NCBI GenBank assembly: GCA_024704765.1
Contig: JAKMXF010000088.1
Coordinates: forward strand, 744,001 to 808,000
Direction: 5' to 3'
Source: Oopsacas minuta
Taxonomy: Eukaryota > Animalia > Porifera
DNA: 64,000 nucleotides
In this document: one piece after another, positions 1 to 15,000 of the stretch
Numbering within the stretch: the first letter of the stretch is position 1
Layout: each line of letters starts with the position of its first letter
The notes under the pieces: model-generated
Told to the model about the DNA's origin: nothing
The model's database searches: none
The model's input: only the letters and a program-made list of their open reading frames with translations
Made by a program: the position numbers and the translations under genes

Positions 1-5
1 TGTAA

Positions 6-3000
6 ATGGCTAGTTTTGAAGAAGCGGGCAGATATCTTCGTAGTGGGACTAAGAATTTGGTAAATGAAGTTGGGAGAGAGGGAAAGAAGCAGGTATGGAT
101 AATTGATGAAAGTGAAAATGAGAATAAAGGATTCTTGTTAGCTACCATACTACAACAGAAAGGAGATAGATTTGAGGTAGAAATGGAAGATAGAACAGTA
201 AGTTGTTTACTTCTAAAATGTAAACAAATTCTTGACTTTATGTGTTATATTAATAGTGAAATAAAGGAGTGTTTGTTGTGTTGTATATCTGTTTGTTCAC
301 CCAGTGATTAGCCTTGTAAAGGGCTAATCTCATTCCTGAGATTCAGTTCCGCATTTTTAGAACTACAAGGCCCTTGGAATTTTCCATATTTTCTCAACAA
401 ACTATAGATCACTATCTTATTAGTAGTTGGAATTCTAAATAGTCAGCTCTCGTTACGCCGAAGACGGATATCTAGAAATTCCCGCTTTTATCGAGGTGTG
501 AAATTATACAAATATGATCCCAGACCGTTAAAGTAACAAATATTCCATTGGTTATATCAAAGTAAATCACGGTCCCTTGAGATATAACAGAAGAATTATG
601 TCATTAAATACCGTATTTAGAGAAGAGATGTATACATCGAAGATACCGAACAAATGAATCCAATTAAATTCGATAAGTCTGAAGATATGGCAGAACTCAC
701 ATACTTGAATGAAGCATCTGTCCTACACAATCTTAAGCAAAGATATCAGTCTAATCTTATCTATGTAAGTTATAGCAGACAGCGGTTCCCAGCAGGCAGT
801 CCATGTGATCTCCAAATTAACACATTTCATTATCCTGTAGACATATTCTGGGCTATTTTGTGTGACTATAAATCCATACAAGGTATTTCCAATATACACC
901 GATAAAGTTGTACAAATGTATAGAGGGAAAAAAAGGTGTGAATTGCCTCCTCATATTTATGGCATTACAGATCAGGCTTATCAACAGGTGTTAAGAAGTA
1001 AGTATTTGTTGTTTGTTTGTTTGTTTGTTATGTATTTTAACTAAATATGAAAGATTGACAAAATGATTTTTTCATATACATTTATGATAAACAAACAACA
1101 AAGTAATTAACTAATAGAATATTTGTAGAGGGTAGTTCTCATTCTTTGACATACAAACTAATCTTCCGTTTGGTGTTATAGCTATTCCTTTGGGTTCATA
1201 TAACATTCCTTTTTGGTGTCTCTTTGTTCCTATCTTGTGTAGGAGATTGCCTTCTGGAGAGAATACCCGAATTGAGTGAGAGTATTGATCGCTAATAACA
1301 AAGTTATTAAGTGAATCTAGACAGAAGAAGACAGGGCATAACACACCCATTCCTTGTCCACAGGTAATGAGGGAGTGTAGCTTGTATCCCTCTAGAGTTA
1401 GCACGTGTATACACGGATTGTTAAATAGGCACAGCACGTACACGCGGTCACGTGACACTTTAACATCAACTGGTTGTGCCATAGACTTATGAGTAATGTT
1501 ACGGAGATGGTTCAGGTCTGTGTCGTGTACGCTGATTCTGTTGTTATCACTATCTGCTATAAATACCTGACCGATGGGATCTGTTGTTAGCTGACAAGGA
1601 TAATTGAATTGTCCGTTGTTTGATCCCATACCTCCTACCTTCCTAACAAGACTCATGTCAGTTAGTGTGAATTGGTTAATAGTGCTATCTCCCCAGCAGC
1701 TGACATACACATTCTCTCCATGTATAGTTATACCCCATGGCCTATTCAGTTGTCTTACACCCAGCTGATTGAGGTACTCTCCTGTATCAGAGAATATCTC
1801 TATTCTGTGATTGGAATAATTAGCTACGAATATTTGGTTAGTAGCTTCATGTATAGCTACACCTCGTAGATTATTCAACTGGCCAGGACCTGAACCTTTC
1901 TTCCCAGTAGCGATAGTAGACGTCTGGAATGTGGAATACTTTGGTACACTCACTGGTTCTTGCACAATATCTCCGAGGCGGGAAATACAAGTTTCTAATT
2001 CACATGTGTCACACTGCCACTTTAATACGCTCTCTACAGGATTGTTGATCCGCAATTCTCGTAATTTGTCCTCCATCTCTTTGGTAATTCTCTCCTGCAT
2101 GAACTGGAGGGGATTTTCCTTCAAATGTCCCTGTAGGTATGCTTGAGCCTCTGTCAGTTGTGTAGTCATTTCTTTTCGAGCGATCTCTGCGGCTTTTTCA
2201 TCTTCTCGCATGTTGTGGACTTGTTTTAGCAGCTGAGCTCTACGGACGTTCAGTAGCCCTATGAGACCATCTATTGTGTAATTAATATGTGTCTCTATGG
2301 GGTCTACGACTTGAGGGGCAATAGTGAAGCGTTCTGCCATTTGATTTGTATAGAAGAATAGTTGAATAGTTGATATAGGAATTGGTTGCTAGGGAAATCT
2401 TAGTTATTTATAGCTGTTTATAATTTGCAGACAAACAAACAACTATTGTAAATTATGTGAGTATATTTTTAGCAAAACAAACACGAGGTTATGCAGGTGT
2501 ATGTCGTTGTGTCTCGTTGCTAGGAAACTGTAAGGAATGTGATAGAAAGTTCATTCTTAGTTATTTTGTATAATGGCAACTTTTTGAAAAACAAAATATC
2601 AAATTTCAAATACTAACTTTGTATATTAATTGAATAATTACTTTCTATAATTAGCTAATATTTGTAATATAATTTGATTATTAATATTACATTTTATAGA
2701 TAAAGAAAACCAGTCAATATTAATAACGTGAGTTGTTGTTATTTGTGTTTTAAAATTGCACTTATAATAACTCTGGGTAATCATATGCCAATTATTTGTA
2801 GAGGAGAATCTGGAGCGGGAAAGACAGAAAATACTAAAAAAGTAATTCAGTACTTCGCTTCTGTAGCCGGAACTGTAACTGGAACTAAACAGAGCGAGGT
2901 TTGTTCACACATTTTGTAAGCATATTGCCACGTGAATGAGGACGATAAGGCGCTTATAATATCCGAGCATATTTGAAAGAGCTTTATGTTACCATGGTAA

Positions 3001-6000
3001 CATTACTCCTGCTTGGTTACTAATGAGTATCATGAAGGAATGTTTGTATGTGTATAGTTTGCAAATTTGGAGGAAAAGGTTATTCAAGCTAATCCAGTGT
3101 TGGAAGCATTCGGGAATGCTAGGACAATACGAAACGATAATTCCTCGAGATTTGTAAGTTGATTTGTTTGTTTGTTTGTTTGTTTGTTGTTGTTGTTGTA
3201 ATTATTAATTGATTTTAGGGGAAGTTTATTAGAATTCACTTCAGCAATACAGGGAAAATAGCTGGAGCAGATATTGAGTATTGTAAGTAGCTAACAAACA
3301 ATCAAACAAATAAACAAATATACAAGCAAACAAGCAAAGAGGATAATTTAAACTTTCCATTTCCCTAGATTTGCTAGAAAAGTCAAGAGTTATACAGCAA
3401 CAACCAGGAGAGAGATCTTATCACATATTCTATCAGTTATTAAAATGTATAGGCAAAACTACGTTAAGTGAGTTGAATTAAATATTAGTTCCAATTGGAA
3501 CCAATAGATTAGCACCTCTTGTAAATGAATTGTGTATTTATTGATGCTTACTAGAACAATTCCTGAAGAGCAGAGATCCGCTAGAATATAGAATATTATC
3601 GAAAGGAATAGAGACAGTAGACTCTATCAATGATAGTAGAGAATTTGAAAGCACACTAGTAAGTAAACAAACAAAACAAACAAACAAACAAACACAAATA
3701 TGCACATATTTCCCTTCGTATAGAGAGCAATGGATACATTGGGATTCACAGAAATTGAGATAAATAGTTTATTCAAATAGTTTCAGCAATTTTAATATTT
3801 GGAAATGTGACTTGTCAACAGAGAAGGAACGAAGAACAAGCTAGCTTTACTCAGGAATCATTTGAGTGTAAGTTCCGCAACTTTACCGACATATTTTCAC
3901 ACCTTTCTTATAATATAAATATTTATATTTAGTGGCAGATAGGGTAGGACACCTGTTGGGTATAAAGTCAGAAGATTTGAAGAAATCTCTTCTTAAACCG
4001 AGGATTAAAGTTGGGAATGAATGGGTGTATCAAGGACGATCATCTGAACAGGTGACGATAAATTCATATATGTATACGTGTACCGTATTTCTTCCCTTAA
4101 GACCCTCAGGGCGGATATTTTCTTTGATTAATTTTTGGGAATTCTCCTTCTAGGTAGAATCTTCTATCAGTGCTCTTTCTATGAATTTATATGATAGGAT
4201 GTTCAAATGGATAGTTGATAGAGTTAACCAAACTTTAGACACAAAGGTATGTAACAAACAAACAAACAAACAAACAAACAAACAAACAAACAAACACGCA
4301 AACAGACAAATACATCTAAACATGTAAATATTCAAAATGATATTTTTAGTGTTCAAAGAATTATTTCATTGGGGTGTTAGATATAGCTGGATTTGAAATA
4401 TTCGCTGTAAGTTCTATAATATAAACATTACAAACAAACAAATGTTTACCTCATGTTGTTGTTGTTGTTGTTTACAGGTGAATAGCTTTGAACAGTTATG
4501 TATAAACTACACAAACGAGAAGCTACAACAATTCTTCAATCATCATATGTTTGTAATGGAACAGGAGGAATACAGAAAAGAAAATATTGAATGGACATTT
4601 ATCGACTTTGGGCTGGATTTACAGTCGTGTATTGACCTGATTGAAAAGGTAAACAAATAAGTAAACAAACATTTTGTTAATTAACCTATTTGTAAATTCT
4701 TTATAGCCAATGGGGTTGCTGGGTCTGTTGGATGAGGAATGTGTATTTCCAAAAGCAACGGACAAGAGCTATGTTGATAAAATTATTTCTGCTCAGGACG
4801 GTAAATCTCAGAATTTCTCTAAATGCAAGTTTGTTGCTGGTGGACAAAGGCCTCATTTTGAGATAGCACATTATGCGGGAATGGTGAGTAAATATAGGTG
4901 TAAACAAACAACAAACAAACAAATACAAATTTCATAAGAGCAATCTCTTAACCAATCAATCTGAATTCCCAAAATTAAATTTTCCAAATAGGCCCTTAGA
5001 ATTTCTATAAATATTCAATTAATATTAAAAATCATAAATGGAGGACAAAGAAACGCTGTTAATCTCCGGGACAGAACTCATCTGTAAATCTGAGGGAATA
5101 TTGGATTCTATTCTACAACAAGTCAAGTCTCAAAACTCGCGTCTTCTCACAGATTTCCTATACATAACATTAGAGTTAGATGTAGAATATATTATAAATA
5201 ATTATCACACCCTCGGGGATGCGATGATACATTCTAATAACAAAACAGTAAAATATTTCAAAGAAATTCTGTTTTCTTTGATAACTTCAAATGATTTTGC
5301 TGTACTCCAAAAACCTGAGCAGATATCGATTGTTCTCAAATACATATCTCTCCCAGGAAGGTTGATTTATAGGAAGCATGACGCCATTCGAAATGTACGC
5401 ATTGGAAAAATTGTAAAACTCGCAGGGCAAATAATTTCTATAAGTGAAACTACAAAATTTGTAGATAGCACTTGCTACAAGTGTTATAGCAAAAAATGCA
5501 AATTGTCTGAAGATCAGATTTTCAGACATTTTGAGGTTGGATTTTCAGAATCCAACATTTTTCGGAGAGAAACATATTGCGAATTTTGTCGCGGAATGTT
5601 GATAGAAGATGTTAGTAAGAGAGTTATGTGTCAAAAGCGGAAATTGAAAGTAAGACTATTCGCACCAGAGACTGAATCTCAAAATGAAAAGGAAATGATT
5701 GACATTGGTGAAAATATTTTCGCGACAGACACTACAAGCAGTGAATCAAGCCAATTGCAACCGAGAAAAAATAGTGAAGTTACAAAGAAAATAAGTAATA
5801 TGAAATCTCAATCTATCCATTTGATAAATATGATTATAAGAGGTAAACAGGAACCGAAATTAGAACTAGGACAATTTTATTATTTCGTAGGGCAGCCTGT
5901 GTATGGACGAGCTGACTATTCCTCACAATTTGTAAACCTCCCCCTCTCAATAGAGGTCAACAATTTGTGGAAAGAGACTATACCCTCTGATAAAGTGAAC

Positions 6001-9000
6001 ACACAAGAATTGCCAGAAGAATTGGTACAATTGAAACAAGCTTGTGAATACAGTGAATGGAGTTTTGTTGCCAGTTTAGTGTATAGTTTCGCCAGTGAGA
6101 TTTGTGACCCTACCATATATGGAAGTGTAAAATTAGCCACATTATTGAGCATTGTCGGAGGCCATTGTGAGCTGAATAACAAGCAAAAAGGGAATATACA
6201 CATATTAGTTATTTCACAGGAGTGTGGTTTGGTTGCTAGGATACTGTCTTATGGGGTAGGAATGTGTCCTAGAGGGGGCATGACAGCTGGGGGAGTTCAA
6301 TCAGAGATAGGAGCTGTGTTCCAGAAAGAGGGAGTAGCTTCTGGAGACTTAATTGGCGGAGCTTTGCCTATAACTAATGAAGGGGTGTGTTTTATACCTC
6401 TGTTTGATTTTCTGAAAAAAGAAGACAAGGAGAAGATCCAGAAGGCCCTTGAGACAGGACTAGTTCCGGTTAAGGTTGCAAAAGGTCTTTCAAATGAGGA
6501 CAAACAAATAGCCACACCCTCCATAGCTCAAATACCACTTACTGCCACTATATGGATTTGTGGAGATAATATTTCAAAGTTAAAAGTCTCTAAATCCATT
6601 CTAAACCAAGGAAATCTCCAGAGATATTATAGCAAAGCATTCACTGATCATTTCACGTTTGCATATCATACAGCTGATGATGACGTCATCGACGAAGTGC
6701 AGAGTGAACTAATGCTGAATCAAGCGATAGGAGCTGACAGTGAAAGATTAATTGAATCGAATGACCTCAAAATATGGCTGGAAATAGCATCTGGAATAGA
6801 AACAGAATTGTCACAGGATTGCATTGAATTGCTGAATACTTTCTATTTAGCCTCAAGACGTGTACGACAGTCAGATATTGATAGCTGTCAAATATCTGTT
6901 GTTTCACTAGATTCGTTGGTTAGTTTATCTGTTGCAAGCGCAAGACTTAATCACAGAGTCAAGGTGTTAAAATGTGATGCAATTTTAGCTATTGTTTTAT
7001 TCGAAGAATCTATGGTTGCAAGGTTCGGGTATTCTGTAATTGGAACAAAGAATAACTTGTTTGGATGGTCGCCAGGGTGTTCAATGAGTGAAATGATAGG
7101 AAAACAGTTTGATGCAAGAATGAGAATGTTATCACACCAAATAGATTCATTCTGTATGGCACATGGCCCGATTCATCGTGAATTTTAATATGTATTGTGT
7201 CATTACGTATATATGAGATTATATTATTATGAAACTATTAATATGGAACTATATATATCCTAGGTTCCATATACAGTTAAAGACTGGCTTGTTAAGAACA
7301 AAGATCCTGTTAATGAGAGTGTAGTTGAGTTGTTCAGGAAATCCAATGAACAACTTATATGCGCTATGTATGAAGATTTTATTGCTGTCAGTGACGTAGT
7401 AGGTGATTGTTGTTAATTATATGGTTAAGATGACTAGGAATGTTGTTTATTTGTTTACATCTAGGTGTGAGTAAACAAAAGAAAGGTTCAAAATTCACTA
7501 CAGTAGCTCAAACTCATAAAGTAGGTTGTCTTTATGTTTGATTAAATATTTTGGGAATATTCAATCGGAGCGGAAACGAGGAAAATATATAATTACACCT
7601 TGTGCCAAAGTAGTGCCTCAAATGATAGATTGTAATTTGAGAATTATTAGCTTGTTTACTTGTTTACTTGTTTACTTGTTTACTATAGTCGTCGCTAGCT
7701 AAACTCCTTGACAATCTCTACAACACACAACCTCATTTCGTGAGATGCATAATCCCTAATGAGATTAAGCGTCCTGGTATCATTGATGCCCAGTTAATCC
7801 TCCACCAGTTAAGCTGTAACGGTGTCCTAGAGGGCATTAGGATTTGTAGAAGAGGCTTTCCTAATAGGATGCCATTCGAAGATTTCAGACACAGGTAAGT
7901 GTTATGTGTCACTCTCCTGTTCACACCTTTAGAGATTAAGACACCACATTTGACGTGTATACTCGTAGTCACGTATAGATGTTGTTTCGTATAGATATGC
8001 TATCTTAACACCACAAGCTATTCCTGATGGATTCATGGATGGTAGGTGTATTTCAGAATTAATAATCACAGCTTTAGAATTGGATAAAAACGAATATAGA
8101 ATTGGAAACAGCAAGGTTTGTTTGTTTGTTTGTTTGTTTATTTATTTGTCTGTTTATTTATTTATTTGTCTGTTTATTTATTTATTTGTCTGTTTATAGG
8201 TATTCTTTAAGGCTGGTGTTATTGGTCGTTTAGAGGATTTGAGAGATCAGAAACTCTCAAAAGTAATTCTATCCTTACAAGCTCGTTGTAGAGGCTGGCT
8301 TATGAGAAAGCATTACCAGAAAATGCAGAGTCAAAAGTATGTTTGTTTGTTTGTTTGTTTGTTTGTAATGTAATTAATGTGTGTTATTAATAGATTGGCA
8401 GTTATCGTATTACAGAAGAACTGTAAAACTCATCTAATACTAAGGAATTGGGCATGGTGGAGATTATTCACTAAAGTTAAACCAATTCTAAAAGTCTCCA
8501 GGACTGAGGAAGATCTTAAGAAGAGAGATGATCAGGTGAGGTGTTAAAATATTCATATTTAATAGATCAGCTGTACGTAACGTGCCTACAGGCTTATAAA
8601 TATCAGCTGATATATTCCTCGACGCGAGCGATTGCTACGACTGTTATAAGCTACAACTAAATACAGTAAATTCTCGTTATATTGGAATACCCGCTTGCAT
8701 CCAAGTCTTGAATTGTACAAATGTGGTCACAAACCGTCAAAGTAACACCTATTCCATTGGTTATACCTAAGTAATTATCGCGGTTCCTTCAGTATAGATA
8801 ACACGGGGGAGTTGGCTGTTATATATTCTATGCTAATGAGACTGACAATTTCTTAACATAACCTTACATACGTGAAATCTCTAAGTAGGAAATAAGTCAA
8901 TCATTTAACCTTAGAATCCGTGCATTAAAATACCTGTGCTATTACATAATGCAATCAGTAACCTTTCTAAAGAATTTATTAAGGTTTCCAACTAACAATA

Positions 9001-12000
9001 ATTGAACTTAGATAAATAGTATAAATTCAAATTTAAGAATTCAATACCACATAAAAGTGGCTCAAAAGTGGCATTTATACGTGGGTAGAATGAATACCAG
9101 ATGTGTTTAGCCAATCAGTTATGGTTCTGAGAACATATATTGGAGAATTTGATCTTGATTGTCCTATATAAGTACAGTGTATTGTTATGTAATAGATTAG
9201 TTAAAGCATAAACATCCTTAAGGAAGTTATGACACTATTGACAAGTGTATGTATATTATCTCGTATGGATCATGGATTGGGGGCCAGTGGTGCTCGGGGG
9301 ATCAGGCAGGGTGGGGTATTCAAATGGGGCCTTTGAAAATAGAATGCCAGAATTATGTACGCATCATCAATGTGGCGCCGAATATTGTTCTCATAATCTG
9401 AGAACAACATTTCCTGAATCCGCCCCTCACAAGGATCATAATATTCCCCAGGGTACATATCACCTATTTTCAATTGTTTATAGATTAGCAATTTAAGAGA
9501 TAGACTCAAGACTCTGGAAGCAGAAATGGGGGAACTACAAGAGAGGAATATCAGCTCTATGGAGAGTAATCAGGATATATTAAATGAAATGAGGAAGGAA
9601 CAGGAGCTAGTTGCAGAACTGGAGGATAGGAATGAGAAATTGGAAATCAAACGAAGAGAAATGCAAGAAGAAATTCTGGTATAAAATAGGCGCCGATTTT
9701 CGCGAGTTAAGGTGTTAAATTTGTAATTATGATAATCTAATTAAGGAATTAGAAAGCCGGTTGGATGAAGAGGAAGACGCTAACGTCATAATATCTACAG
9801 CTAAGAGGAAATTAGATGTAGAGTTAGACAAGTCAAGAATAAGAATAGAAGAGTTGCAGGAAGAAATACATAACGTGAGAATATTATGTTAAACTGTGCC
9901 AACTATGCTAAACTACAGTAGTGATGTTATCCGTAGACAGTGCATAACAAAAACTATAATAGATTAAGAGCTGTAAATCTCAGGGTATGTGAACAAATAA
10001 TTACCGTCGCGTGTGCCCTGAGGTCTCAATTTTGATCTGTGCCGACAGCATTCAATTGAATTGATTTACAGTGCCACCTTAAAGTCTAGGCACTATTCAA
10101 TTATCACCCAATATAGTCTGCACAGGGTTGTCACTTCAGATTTGTTAGTTGTTGATTTGGTTATTTGTATAGTTGGATGAAGAAAAGAGACTGAAAGAAC
10201 AAGATTTCAATCAGCTGGGAGGAGAATTCGAACAGCTGACAGAGCAGTTATCAAAGTTACAGAAAGATAAGAAAAACCAAGAAGATCTATTTAATGTATG
10301 TTTGTGCCCAACTATGGTATGTATTTGCAAATTCCTTATGGATTATTTGGTTGCTAGGATACGAACGCTTCTCTACAGAGCCAAGAAGATAAGAATAATC
10401 AGCTGATTAGGTCAAAACAGAAATTTGAGACTTTGTTATTGGAAGTTCAAGAGCAATTAGCCAATGAGAAATCTTCTAGAAGTGAAATAGAGAAGAGCAA
10501 ACGGAAACTGGAACAAGATATGAGGGTTTGTAAACAAACAAACAAACAAACAAACAAACAAACAAATAAACAAAGAGATAGACAATGTATTATATCTTTT
10601 AGGCACTACAACAAGATTTAGAAAATCTAACTAACGAAATATTAGAATCTAAAGCTCTTCAACAAAAGTAATAACAAAATATATGATTATTGCATATGTA
10701 TATAAAGTTAACACCTATCTTGTAGGAAGGAAAATGAACTCACGAATGTGATTAACAATCATGATGAATCTCAAAATGAAAATTCAAATTTACAGAAGAA
10801 AATTAAGAAACTAGAGGTGTGAAAATGTGTATAATTACAAAAAATCAAAAATTATTTTAAGTATATTTTAGCTAATAATTGAAGAGTTAGAAGAGGATAT
10901 TGAACAAGAAAGAGAGAACTTAAGAAAAGTTTGTTTTTATTGATATTTTCAACTAAAAAGTAAACATTGAAGAACCCTTGACCACTGCCATATACCTCTT
11001 ATGAATATTATCACACCAATAGTGTAAACAAGTTAATAAACAACAATTTGTTTTAGGTAGAAAAGGTAAAATCAGACTTAAACAGAGATCTGGAAGATCT
11101 TGAAGACAAGTTAGAAAGACAAGGTGGTATCACGACAGTACAGGTTAGACACATTGCGACACTTTAAGCCACAATTATAAATGAATTTTTCCGACATTTG
11201 CTAGGATTCAAATTATAATGAATTTCTAATACAAATAATAATTTGAATGCTCTACATAGCAATGTCATAACGACATAGAATAGAAGCCATTCATTACTAT
11301 ATATATCAGCTGATAAGTTGTTTTACTGTGAATGTATGCAGATACCGCGAAATACACGGTAAGTAACAACTTTATAGTTACAATTGGAACTAAGATATAT
11401 TGCAACAGGAATTGGTATACTGGTATATGTATATTTTCGCACCGGTGGTCTCTATGGCACGAGTGAAGCTATTGCTCTATTGTGTATGTATTATTATATT
11501 TATGAAGTTATAACGTTTCTTGCTAGGTTGATCTCAACCGTAAGAGAGAACAAGATTTTAAAACTCTCCAAAAGGAATTAGAAGTTACAAGAGCTGAACA
11601 TAGCAAGGTGTTAGGTGATATGAAGAGGAGTAATGCTACTCAATCACAGAATTATGACCTCAGTATTGAACAGCTCAAGAAAGGAAAAATTAAGTAAGAA
11701 TACAAATATAATAAAATGGGAAAAATTCAAATATTGGGAAATACAAGTTAGTATGTTAACGTTATTTGTTGTTATTTACTTCTCAATAAATGTGAAGAAA
11801 TTTCCCCTTGTGGTCAGCTAGTACCATCACCTGATCTGAGATTCCATCCCAAGCGACACACTTTGCCCAAATAGTATAATCCTCAACTTCTTCTCCAAAT
11901 GAATCTATCTGTCTCCCGAATTTATTAAATACTCTTATTTTTCCGTCTGCAATAAGAATATTGCCATTTTTGTCAAAACAGAAACTCAATGGATTCTGTA

Positions 12001-15000
12001 ATCCTCTGGTATTGCTAATGATCTCTCTTAGGAAGGTGCCAGAATGGTCTATGCATTGGAGAGAACGTTCTTTTGACGAATTTAATAGCAAATATATCTC
12101 TGATTTTGTTACTCTTATGTCTACAAACCGACATTTTGTATATGCTTTATTGATGGGAATATGTTGTACTACTTTAAGATCTGTAATATTCAGGGTCAAA
12201 ATATTGTTCTCCTTTGCATGATTGAGTGAAGGTACGAATAGATGATCTCCGAAAACGTCAAATCTGTAACAATAAACGCTTGCTGACACTGTTAATCTCT
12301 TGTAATTAATATGTGATTTGTGAATCCGCATGATCGTAGATAAGTTACGTCCATAATGTATGAATATGAAATTAGAACTCGTCTTGATGTAGCAATTGCC
12401 TAAAGCAGATTCTAAACCATGGGATGAGACAATATTAAACTTGGAATCTAGTATCAGTATGCCTCGTTTATACTCAGGGTAGTTTGTAGTTTGATTAACG
12501 AGATAGTATTTTTTGTCCTGTTTATCATAGCAGAAATCCAAACAGTCTAACTTTCCTTTTCCTTTTTGAATAAACGAGCTCTTTAATATACTGTCCTTAT
12601 AAGGAGAGGCTCCTTCTTCAATGGTGCATAACTCGTGTATGTGAGGCAGAATGTAATTGAACTTCCATTTGAGTTTAATTGGAGGAATTTTATTAGTTGA
12701 GATTTTCAAAATTCTAATTTCTTCGTTTAGAGTAGCGACATTCTTAGTCAATACTTGATTTACTGAAGACTTCAGTTGTTCTTGGAAAAATTCATTTGCA
12801 TTTTCCACTTCTTCTATCTGTCTTGCGATGTCTCTCTTATCCAATTCTCCTTTAGCTAGAATACCATCTAGATCAGATAGTAACATAGTTTCAGTTTCAT
12901 TTAGAGCTTCATGATAAGTCTTAAAATTATTCTTAATTTCCTGCTTATAATTTTCTATTTTCTGGCGTAACCCTTCAATACCAGTTATAGATGATGAAGG
13001 AGAGGACCAAGAGTTGGTAGATCTGTAGGCCATACCTTTTAAAGCTAGTCCTTAAAATAAGAATTAACAATAACTAGACAGTGTAACCAGGTAATATGAA
13101 CGCGGTTAATACGAAGACGAACGAATATTTACACAAAATCTAGGTCCTATAAGGATTATTCAATTGGTATTACTCCGGATAAATCACCGTAAGTTGGTGT
13201 TCATATTACGAGGTACACTGTAAATAATATGACCCTTGTAACTCTCCCTGACCCGCTCCCCTCATGCTTACCCCCTTACTATTATATGTAGGAATGAGAA
13301 AGAAATAGAATTGCTAAGAGAAGATTTGAGAGAAAGCAAATCTCAAGTAGATCAATTGCAGAAATCTAAACAAACAGCTGATAAGTCATGTCGACACCTT
13401 GAAGACAGATTAGCAGAGACTGTAGCTAAGGTTTGTTAGTTCCAATTGGAACTATATATAATGTTACTGTAAACTATGTGTTTATAGAACAACGAGTTAG
13501 AGAGTTATTTAGAAGAAATAAAGTCAACAAACAATAAAATAACAAATGAGCTAAATGCTGTTAACTCAGATTTGGATTCTGCTGAGTCTCTGCTTAGCCA
13601 ACTTAAGAAAAATAAGAAGAATAATGAAAACCAGCTGGAAGAGGTAAGTGGCATAAATTGTGTCCCATTTCACACCTGTGGAGCCACGGGTTTCAGGAAT
13701 TCTGGCCGGCATTTTCCTGTATATGAGTCTCACGATCGGCACATTGTGTCCTTCATGGTTGCTGAACTGACACTTTAATAGCACCTAGATAAACCCCGGA
13801 TTGGAGCTATGACAATATATATTGTGTTTATAGCTTAGAGTTAATTTTGATGAAGTTAGTCAAGTACGTACAGAACTAGCTAACAGTTTAAGATTAACAG
13901 AACAAGAGCTGGAGCAAATACACGAACAGTTAGATGAGGAGATGGATACTAAGGATGATCTTATTAAGCTACTGAACAGAGAGAAACAGGAGAGTGCTTC
14001 GTGGAAACATAGGTATGAGAATGAAGCGTTAGAGACTATTGGAGATCTGGAAGATCAAAGGTAAATATTGTATTGCGCTCTGTGTCGAGTATGGTATACT
14101 ATAGTGGCCATATATCACGCAGATATTCGTAGGTGGTACACAAACATCAGAATATATTAATTGAATTGATTTACAGTTTTAAACTGTAGATTCGAGGCAC
14201 TAAGATAAACTCAATATACTTAGTGCCTCCAATTTATAGTGTCACTGTCCGCACAGTATGTCATTTTAGATTTGTTTGTTTGTATTATATTATTATATTG
14301 CTCGTTATATTGCTCGTCTATACAGACGTAAGATGATAGGAGAGCTGAATGAGATGGGAGATTTAGTTAATGGTTGGGAAGCTAAAGCAAGCGCCTTAGA
14401 GAAGATAAAATCTAGACTGACTAATGATATAGAGGATATGCATGTACAGATGGAGAAGGTATCTTAACTGATAATTAAAGGGGATGCAGGTTATAAGAAC
14501 ACCCTTGGGGGTAGCAATACATGTTCTTATAACCGGTATAAATATGCAGGAATATATGAGAACCGTTTTCCATAGGATGGTGCTTATGACCTGCATCTAC
14601 TTTATAAGCGTATTGAAAGTGTTACACTGTATTTGTATAAATGCAGATACATATACGTTATGTTCTGGTTATATAGACTCAGAGTATAGCTGCTAATCTG
14701 GAGAAGAAACAGCGTAAGGTAGATGTACAATTTGCTGATTGGAAAATGAGATTTGAGAAGAAGGAAGAAGAGTGTCAAGAAGCTATGAGAGAAGCTAGAC
14801 ACTACAACACAGAGGTAAATACTACTAATACTATAGGATAACCTCCATACACGGGTCTTATGGAAATGGGGAACATCCCCAACACCCGGTTTGTGTAGGT
14901 TACACTGTATTAGAATTACCACTAATAATATTGTCTATAGTTCTTGAAGATACAAACAGAATATGATGAGTATGAATCATACACAGATACACTAAAGAGA

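Noticed and set aside
4884-5038. In-frame myosin head-MCMDC2 fusion by alternative splicing
   Set aside because: The candidate acceptors (exon starts 4992 and 5000) are 46 and 38 nt from the ATG, out of frame with the phase-0 myosin donor.
7800-7830. [10 protein letters not shown] instead of QLRCNGVLEG in the myosin SH2 helix
   Set aside because: This position is known to vary (e.g. Thr in insect muscle myosin), so it is not remarkable.
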